A stretch of DNA of 64,000 nucleotides from Macrostomum lignano. Its lineage: Eukaryota. The stretch covers positions 1-64,000 of the forward strand of contig NIVC01002376.1 in assembly GCA_002269645.1 (NCBI GenBank). The letters run 5' to 3'. Of the stretch, positions 54,901 through 64,000 are shown one piece after another. The position numbers were made by a program, and so were the translations under genes. Each line of letters starts with the position of its first letter. The first letter of the stretch is position 1. The notes under the pieces were generated by a model. The model was not told the origin of the DNA. It searched no databases and saw only the letters and a list, made by a program, of their open reading frames with translations.

Positions 54901-57887
54901 TCTCATATGTTGACACTGGCGGCAATGATCGACTTGTCAGTCAGTCCAACAAAGTCATTTCTGCAAACAGGCCCACACGCAATGCGCAGTTCAATTTGCA
55001 TAGAGAGAGCGGGTGTGCTTGCTTTTTATCTCTAAATCTATTTACCTTTGTAATCAGTTGGTTGGAGCACTGAGACTTCCTCTGTCTGCCTCTGTCTGTC
55101 AGTCAAATACCCCTGATACCTGTACACTGTACACACGGCATTTGAGCCCAACATGTGTTTCTGCCAAATAACATACAAGCACAATATTGCCGCTATGGTC
55201 TGAGTTTTATTGCGCATTTTTGTGATTTGAGCTGGAAAAGAGCACTTCTGCAGTTAGCTTAGCATGGAACAGCCCACACAATCTTCATCAACAGCCCACA
55301 CAATCTTCATCAACAGCCCACACAATCTTCATCAACAGCCCACAGAATCTTCATCAACAGCCCACACAATCTTCATAAACAGCCCACACAATCTTCGCAT
55401 CAACAGCCCACACAATCTTCATCAACAGCCCACACAATCTTCATCAACAGCCCACACAATCTTCATCAACAACCCACAGAATCTTCACATCAACAGCCCA
55501 CACAATCTTCATCAACAGCCCACACAATCTTCATCAACAGCCCACACAATCTTCATCAACAGCCCACAGAATCTTCACATCAACAGCCCACACAATCTTC
55601 ATCAACAGCCCACACAATCTTCATCAACAGCCCACACAATCTTCATCAACAGCCCACAGAATCTTCATCAACAGCCCACACAATCTTCATCAACAGCCCA
55701 CAGAATCTTCACATCAACAGCCCACACAATCTTCATCAACAGCCCACACAATCTTCATCAACAACCCACACAATCTTCACATCAACAGCCCACACAATCT
55801 TCATCAACAGCCCACACAATCTTCATCAACAGCCCACACAATCTTCATCAACAGCCCGCAGAATCTCCACCCAACAACCCACAGAATCTCCACCTAACAG
55901 CCCACAGAATCTCCACCCAACAGCCCACAGAATCTCCACCCAACAGCCCACAGAATCTCCACCCAACAGCCCACAGAATCTCCACCCAACAGCCCACAGA
56001 ATCTCCACCCAACAGCCCACAGAATCTCCACCCAACAGCCCACAGAATCTCCACCCAACAACCCACAGAATCTCCACCCAACAACCCACCTCCCCCACCC
56101 TCCGCAGACCTCCGCCGCGCCTCCCCAGTCTGGGACGAGGAGTTCGACAAACTCACTCGCTCGATGCAAGAACGAATGGACGGTTTTTTCCGGACACCCG
56201 GCCAAGTCGACCCCGGCTGCTCGGACAGTGGCCGAACTGGCCGAATCGAGCGGCAGCCGGACGGCTCGCTGGTCTATCGAGTGGTGTTCGACGTTCGCGA
56301 CTACGAGCCTGGCGACTTGAAGACTTCGCTGGTGGGAGACCGCACGGTCCGGGTCTGCGGCAACTCCAAGCGGGTGGACCCGCGCACCGGCAAGCAGAGC
56401 TCCGCCTCGTTCGATGAGCAGTTCTCGCTGCCGGACGGGGTCGACCCTCGCGGTGTCCGGTCCACTGTGGCCGAGGGTCAGTTGTCAGTCACCGCTCCGG
56501 TGATGCCGCCCCAGTATTCCGGGAAGCAGCCGGCCCTGCAGCAGCAGAGCAGGTGAGCAGCGCTGCGGAGAGGGGGGTCACAGGACATCGCGCTGAGAAC
56601 CGGGGGGCATCTAAGGGGGTCAATTGAAATCTGGGGGGGGCATTTGATTGTAGCTGAAATCCGGGGCGTCATCTAAGGGGGGTCAATTGGTTGTAGCTAA
56701 AATCCGGGGGGTCATCTAAGGGGGTCAATTGATTGAAGCTAAAATCCGGGGCGTCGTCTAAGGGGGGGGGTCAATTGATTGAAGCTAAAATCCGGGGCGT
56801 CATCTAAGGGGGGTCAATTGGTTGTAGCTAAAATCCGGGGGGTCATCTGGGGGGGGGTCAATTGATTGAAGCTAAAATCCGGGGCGTCATCTAAGGGGGG
56901 TCAATCGATTGAAGCTAAAATCCGGGGCGTCATCTAAGGGGGGTCAGTTGGTTGTAGCTAAAATCCGGGGGGTCATCTAAGGGGGGTCAATTGGTTGTAG
57001 CTAAAATCCGGGGGGTTATCTGGGGGGGTCAATTGATTGAAGCTAAAATCCGGGGCGTCATTTAAGGGGAGTCAATTGGTTGTAGCTAAAATCCGGGGGT
57101 CATCTAAGGGGGGGGTCAATTGGTTGTAGCTAAAATCCGGGGGTCATCTAAGGGGGTCAATAAAATCCAGGGGGTCATCTAAGGGGGGGGGCAATTGATT
57201 GTACCTAAAATCCAGGGGATCATCTAAGGGGGGTCAGCTGATTGGAGTTGAGAACCATATGGTCGTCTAGGGGAGGTCAATCAATTGAGCTTGAAAACCA
57301 GGAGGTCATCTAGAAGGTCAAACAATAGTTCCTTAAATCTAGGGTGGGGGTCAACGTCGATGGATCTGTTGAATTTGAGGGTCACGGTGATTTGTGCAAA
57401 AATCTCTGAGGAGTCAATGGCGCCAAACTCAGCATTGCCGAATCAGTTCGATCCAGATCAGCCTGAACTCAACTCCCGCAGGCTCTACTCAAACAGTCCC
57501 CGACTGTCGCCGAGGTCGGGTTCGCCCGCCTTCTCCCAGCCTCTCGGCTCGCCCCGACATCAGCAGCAGCAGCAGGGCAGCGGTGTTCGCACCGCCAGCG
57601 CTTTTCAACTCGAAGTCGAAGTAGGTCCCGAGTTCGAGCCCCAGGACCTCACCGTTGCCACGGTTGACAACGGCCGACGCCTGTCGGTCCACGGCCGGCG
57701 CGAGGTGAAGTCGGCCGGCAAAACGTCAATGCGGGAATTCCGCGACGAGTTCGACTTGCCAGTCAATGTGGATGCCCGGCTGGTGACCGCCCGGCTGCGG
57801 AGCGATGGCCGCGTCATTGTGGACATGCCGCTGCTGAGGGAGACCGCCGGCTTCACCTATGCTCCGGTGGCTGTGGACCATCGGTAA
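51968..57887 (+). CDS. Small heat-shock protein with two alpha-crystallin domains (p40/Tsp36-type), ~307 aa, 3 exons
   Basis: Exons 51968-52040, 56108-56552 and 57482-57887, with compatible phases (1, 2). ACD1: VVFDVRDYEPGDLKT..FDEQFSLPDGVDPRGVRSTVAEGQLSVTAP. ACD2: LEVEVGPEFEPQDLTV..EFRDEFDLPVNVDARLVTARLRSDGRVIVDMP. Linkage of exon 1 is inferred from phase and the shared SPRLSPR motif. Confidence 0.85.
52283..52870. repeat. CT-rich array (CTCTTCTCCCCTCTCTC-type), sHSP intron 1
   Basis: Polypyrimidine tandem repeat. Confidence 0.92.
53418..54860. repeat. ~16-bp minisatellite with palindromic core (TGAGACTTGTCTCC[CC/AA]), sHSP intron 1
   Basis: ~90 units. Core GAGAC-TT-GTCTC. ~546-bp internal duplication. 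Confidence 0.95.
55268..56090. repeat. 22-23-bp minisatellite (AATCTTCATCAACAGCCCACAC grading to CAGAATCTCCACCCAACAGCCCA), sHSP intron 1
   Basis: Ends ~17 nt before the acceptor at 56107. Confidence 0.93.
56600..57330. repeat. ~43-bp minisatellite (GGGGGGTCAATTGATTGAAGCTAAAATCCGGGGCGTCATCTAA), sHSP intron 2
   Basis: ~15 units, degenerating 3'. Confidence 0.9.
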
Positions 57888-57899
57888 CTTGACCGTCTG

Positions 57900-58019
57900 A
57901 TTGGTATATTGATTGATTGGTTAATTAATTGATTGATTATTTGATTGGTTGATTGGTTGGTTGGTTAATTGATTGATTGATTGATTGATTAATTGATTGA
58001 TTGCTTGGTTGGTTGGTTA

Positions 58020-58055
<36 letters not shown>

Positions 58056-58071
58056 CTTGGTTGGTTGGTTA

Positions 58072-58107
<36 letters not shown>

Positions 58108-58123
58108 CTTGGTTGGTTGGTTA

Positions 58124-58159
<36 letters not shown>

Positions 58160-58220
58160 CTTGGTTGGTTGGTTAATTGATTGATTGATTGATTGATTAA
58201 TTGATTGCTTGGTTGATTGG

Positions 58221-58264
<44 letters not shown>

Positions 58265-58292
58265 TTGGTTGATTGATTGATTTATTGATTGG

Positions 58293-58331
<39 letters not shown>

Positions 58332-58595
58332 ATTGATTGATTGATTAATTGATTGATTGGTTGATTGATTGGTTGGTTGATTGATTGATTTATTGATTGG
58401 TTGATTGATTGATTGATTGATTGATTAATTGATTGCTTGGTTGGTTGGTTAATTGATTGATTGATTGATTGATTAATTGATTGATTGCTTGGTTGGTTGG
58501 TTAATTGATTGATTGATTAATTGATTGCTTGGTTGGTTGGTTAATTGATTGATTGATTGATTGATTAATTGATTGATTGCTTGGTTGGTTGGTTA

Positions 58596-58627
<32 letters not shown>

Positions 58628-58695
58628 CTTGGTTGGTTGGTTAATTGATTGATTGATTGATTGATTAATTGATTGATTGCTTGGTTGGTTGGTTA

Positions 58696-58734
<39 letters not shown>

Positions 58735-58888
58735 AATTGATTGCTTGGTTGATTGATTGATTAATTGATTGCTTGGTTGGTTGGTTAATTGATTGATTGA
58801 TTGATTGATTTATTGATTGCTTGGTTGGTTGGTTAATTGATTGATTGATTGATTGATTGATTAATTGATTGATTGCTTGGTTGATTGG

Positions 58889-58919
<31 letters not shown>

Positions 58920-59127
58920 ATTGGTTGATTGATTGATTGGTTGGTTGATTGATTGATTGATTGATTGATTAATTGATTGATTGGTTGATTGATTGGTTGG
59001 TTGATTGATTGATTTATTGATTGGTTGATTGATTGATTGATTGATTGATTAATTGATTGCTTGGTTGGTTGGTTAATTGATTGATTGATTGATTGATTAA
59101 TTGATTGATTGCTTGGTTGGTTGGTTA

Positions 59128-59159
<32 letters not shown>

Positions 59160-59224
59160 CTTGGTTGGTTGGTTAATTGATTGATTGATTGATTGATTAA
59201 TTGATTGATTGCTTGGTTGATTGG

Positions 59225-59283
<59 letters not shown>

Positions 59284-59300
59284 ATTGATTAATTGATTGG

Positions 59301-59339
<39 letters not shown>

Positions 59340-59345
59340 GTTGAT
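57900..59345. repeat. Compound (GATT/GGTT/AATT)n microsatellite immediately after the sHSP stop codon
   Basis: ~1.45 kb. Confidence 0.95.
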
Positions 59346-60089
59346 CAGTTATTGATTGATACCTTGTTCGATTGATCAATCAGCCAAACTGGATAAATGT
59401 ATTATTTATCTCACTGAGATGGATTCAGTGACAAGTTGATGGTCTCCATAAACCTAGCAACAAGATGGCGAAACCTCATTCATGTTACTCATTGAGTAGA
59501 ACTGAGTAGTCTATATAGCGAAACATTTTACTATAAAAATGGCCTCCTCATCTGAAAGCCATTCCTGTAGACACGCAAATTTGTACACGCGTGATTTTTC
59601 CCAACTTCAAGCAGTTTCACATTTGTCCCCAATGCGCTCACAGACAGCTGCTGAGAAGTCTCTGACAGCGAAGGATGCTTTATATAAGTATAATAATAAT
59701 CTAGAATATATTACTGTACATTATACTGTTTGTACTGACTTTTAATTTTGCAATCGTGCGCGTACTTGCACGTACTGTATGAGTATGGGTAGTATTTGAG
59801 TATTTATTCTTGAGATTGGTTTTACGGTTGAATTTTTACGGAATTTAACTCTGCACCAAATCTGTACGTCGTAGTTAATTAAACAAAAAATACAAGCAAA
59901 AATATATATGACCGATTCAGAGACAGCTGATTTTGCCGAATATTTTATAAAAAGTTTTTGATATTAAACCTAAATTTCTGCGGGAATTGTTGAAAAATAA
60001 TTTTTTCTCAAACATTGATAAATATTTATAGAAACATAACACGCACCGTTGAAAGACACATGCCCGAACACACACTCCTGAAGACCTGA

Positions 60090-60640
<551 letters not shown>

Positions 60641-60748
60641 ATATCCTAATTTTCATTTTCATCCATCAGAATTCCAAAGCCCTTGTAAAAATCGAGTTCA
60701 AGAAGAGAAGAACCGAAGTTGCACTATAAGCAGCCTGGTCCATGATCC

Positions 60749-63621
60749 TCAGTAACAATCGAGCTCCTGAAGTTTCGCAGTCTCGCCTCCTTCATCGAGC
60801 ACTTCAGCAGCGGCAGCATCATCAGTCCAGTGGCAGTTGCTAGGCGGGCAGCGGAGCACAACCCTGCCATCTGGATTACGACCCAGCCATTTACGAAAAG
60901 GTGCCATACAGAACTCCATCAGGCTGCTCACGGTGACCAGGTACAGCGCCCGGTGCTCAATGAAGCTGTCCTGCACCGCAGACAGCAGCATGGACTGCAT
61001 CGCGATGGCAAAGTTGATGAAGAACACCGGCAGGATGATCACGAACAGGAAGTGGATTTGCAGTCTGGCGAAGGCTGCCTCCTCGCCTGGCGAGGGCTCC
61101 ACAAACTTCTGGCTGCGATTGGTCAGGATGTTCAGCGACAGCAGGAAGGCCTGGTATAGCTGGGCAGATTGGGGTCACTTGACCTCAGTTGGGATTCTTG
61201 TAGAAAAACATATGAAAACAGGGGGTCACTTGACCTCCACAGGTCTCGAATATGACCTCCACTCTTCCCAACTGGGATTCTTACTGAAGTGGGTCATTTG
61301 ACCTCCACTGTTCCCTACTGGGATTCCTACTGAAGAGGGCACTTGACCTCCACTGGTAACAAATGGGATCTCTATTTATGGAGGGGGTCACTTGACCTCC
61401 ACTGATCCCAACTGGGATTCTTACTGAAGGGGAAGGGGTCACTTGACTTCCACTGGTCCTAAATATTGTAGGACTCTTTTTGAAGGGGGGTCACTTGACC
61501 TCCACGGGTCCCAAATGGGATTTCTATTGAAGGAGGGGGTCACTTGACCTCTACGGGTCTCAACTGGGATTCTTACTGATGGGGGGTAACTTGACTTCCA
61601 CTGGTCCCAAATATTGTAGGATTCTATTGAGGTGGGTCACTTGACCTCCACTGCTCTCAAATTAGATTCCAATTGAAGGTGGGGGTCACTTGACCTCCAC
61701 TAGCTTAAATGGTTCATTTAACATTGCAGAACGAGGTCACTTGACCCCAACTTTAATAAACAACAAATATAGAAGCCACTTGACCCCCGTGACTCCAAAT
61801 AGATTCTGTTCAAGGAATAATTAGGGGTCACTTGACCTCCTTAGATCAACCTGCTGCATATCATATCACGATATCAGTCTCACCTGAAGAGCGCCAGATC
61901 CCATCTCAGCCTTGGCGCCAGCACTTCCCCCTTCATCACCTGCGGCGACTGCGGCCTTGGCAACCTCGGGAGCCAGCAGCCTGCCGAACAGGTAGATCAG
62001 CAAGCAGTACAGCACCGTGAACGGGATGAAGGAGTTCAGGCAGCAGATCAGGCAGAATGCGAACTGGGACACGGGCTCCGAGCGGAGGCTGCGCAGCTGG
62101 CACAGAGTCAGGTAGGTGGCCGTCAGCAGCAGCAGCAGCTGCGCAGTCGAGGCCGCCAGGTGAGCAGCCGATGCGGCCGGAGATCCGGGCTGGAATGGCG
62201 CCGCTGTCAGCAGGGCGAGGAGGGCGACGGCGCAGAGGCAGCAGACGGAGCAGCAGGCGGCGTAGCGGCCGATCTCGGGGTTGCCCTCGCGGGGACCGGC
62301 AGGGCAGCCGGAGTGACTCAGGGACCGCCGTCTGCCGACTAGGAAGGAGATGAGCATGACGGCCTGCGGGAGAGACGGCGGGAGTGACACTGGGAGTGAC
62401 TAGGAGAGTGACACTAGGAGTGACTAGGAGTGTGACACTGGGAGTGACTAGGAGAGTGACACTGGGAGTGACTAGGAGTGTGACACTGGGAGTGACTAGG
62501 AGAGTGACACTGGGAGTGACTAGGAGTGTGACACTGGGAGTGACTAGGAGAGTGACACTGGGAGTGACTAGGAGAGTGACACTGGGAGTGACTAGGAGTG
62601 TGACACTGGGAGTGACTAGGAGAGTGACACTGGGAGTGACTAGGAGAGTGACACTGGGAGTGACTAGGAGAGTGACACTGGGAGTGACTAGGAAAGTGAC
62701 ACTGGGAGTGACTAGGAGAGTGACACTGGGAGTGACTAGGAGTGTGACACTGGGAGTGACTAGGAGTGTGACACTGGGAGTGACTAGGAGTGTGACACTG
62801 GGAGTGACTAGGAGTGTGACACTGGGAGTGACTAGGAGAGTGACACTGGGAGTGACTAGGAGAGAGTGACACTGGGAGTGACTAGGAGTGTGACACTGGG
62901 AGTGACTAGGAGAGTGACACTGGGAGTGACTAGGAGAGTGACACTGGGAGTGACTAGGAGTGTGACACTGGGAGTGACTAGGAGAGTGACACTGGGAGTG
63001 ACTAGGAGAGTGACACTGGGAGTGACTAGGAGTGTGACACTGGGAGTGACTAGGAGAGTGACACTGGGAGTGACTAGGAGAGTGACACTGGGAGTGACTA
63101 GGAGTGTGACACTGGGAGTGACTAGGAGAGTGACACTGGGAGTGACTAGGAGTGTGACACTGGGAGTGACTAGGAGAGTGACACTGGGAGTGACTAGGAG
63201 AGTGACACTGGGAGTGACTAGGAGTGTGACACTGGGAGTGACTAGGAGAGTGACACTGGGAGTGACTAGGAGAGTGACACTGGGAGTGACTAGGAGTGTG
63301 ACACTGGGAGTGACTAGGAGAGTGCCACTGGGAGTGACACTGGGAGTGACTAGGAGAGTGACAATAGGAGTGACAATGTCAGTGGAGCGCACCTGGTATC
63401 CGTTCCCCAATATCACGAAGGCCAGCAGCAGGCAGTGATGCAGCGCCGAGTCTCCTTGGTCTTCGGTCGAATCGATAAGCAGGGTGACTGGAGTCAGGAC
63501 GGTGAGCTGGCCCGCAATCAGAGCCGAGTACACAGACAAGTTGAGCACTGTGAGGCAGGTGATGATGCCGCGGGTTTGCTGCTCAAGCTGCTCCAGCCAA
63601 GTCAGGAACAGACCGGGATGA
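60749..63621 (-). CDS. Multi-pass membrane protein of unknown family, last three exons (5' part not located)
   Basis: Exons (minus) 63621-63393, 62363-61884 and 61159-60749, with GT-AG sites and phase-0 junctions, GC-rich and stop-free. Several hydrophobic segments, e.g. GIITCLTVLNLSVYSALIAG, CLLLAFVILG, CCSVCCLCAVALLALL, FAFCLICCLNSFIPFTVLYCLLIYLF and FLFVIILPVFFINFAIAM. Confidence 0.7.
61205..61840. repeat. Degenerate ~46-55-bp minisatellite with GGGGTCACTTGACCTCC core
   Basis: ~12 copies in intron 61160-61883. Confidence 0.85.
62383..63380. repeat. 24-bp minisatellite (GAGTGACTAGGAG[A/T]GTGACACTGG)
   Basis: ~41 units filling intron 62364-63392 to within 12 and 19 nt of the splice sites. 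Confidence 0.96.
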
Positions 63622-63789
63622 CTGGAGTTCCAATTGACGAGTATCTATGCTTTTTATTAAATTCAGTAGAACTATTGAAGTGCCAGACGGAGAGTGATAA
63701 AGCGAGTGATGAATTTCTTGTTTCTCGCATATGTTAACAAAATAATCCTTTACTAATAGTATATTAGATTTATAAATTACTAAATTTGT

Positions 63790-64000
63790 CAGTCAGTTAA
63801 TCCATCCATCAATCTCTAGCAATCCGTCAATTAATTAATCAATTAATTAATCAATGAATTAATCAATGAATTAATCAATCGAGCAATAAACCAATCAATC
63901 GATCGAGTAGTCAACCAGCCGATCAATCAACCAACCAATCAATCACTCAACCAACCAATCAATCACTCAACCATCCAATCAATCACTCAACCAACCAATC
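63790..64000. repeat. (AATC/AACC)n low-complexity microsatellite running off the window
   Basis: Tetranucleotide repeats. Confidence 0.8.

Noticed and set aside
60749-63621. Otopetrin assignment for the membrane protein
   Set aside because: Only a vague resemblance (F..LQ.HF.F); the conserved C-terminal FYR.HS motif is absent.

Overview
Eukaryotic (metazoan) genomic DNA. I found no rRNA, bona fide tRNA or CRISPR arrays. Six intron-containing protein genes lie in strictly alternating orientation: calcineurin A catalytic subunit (+, 5293-21300), single-LIM CRIP1-like protein (-, 24423-26062), ERG/KCNH2-type K+ channel (+, 30143-43538), Gsx/Ind-like homeobox gene (-, 45973-48771), small heat-shock protein with two alpha-crystallin domains (+, 51968-57887), and the 3' part of an unidentified multi-pass membrane protein (-, 60749-63621, 5' end not located). 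Exons are GC/CpG-rich. Almost every long intron is filled by its own micro- or minisatellite, and these arrays generate nearly all of the long ORFs in the supplied track. The first ~6.7 kb is AT-rich and carries decayed DNA transposons, including a 632-bp Merlin element with intact TIRs and an 8-bp TSD, with a CpG-decay signature. The double-ACD sHSP and the repeat-laden introns suggest a flatworm (Macrostomum-like) host; this is inference only. The best leads are: (1) a cluster of three frame-preserving candidate micro-exons and a candidate AID-less terminal exon in calcineurin A; (2) intron-private minisatellites that abut splice sites and often carry RGKTCA half-sites; (3) CpG decay concentrated in transposons. 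All coordinates, counts and translations were derived by hand.
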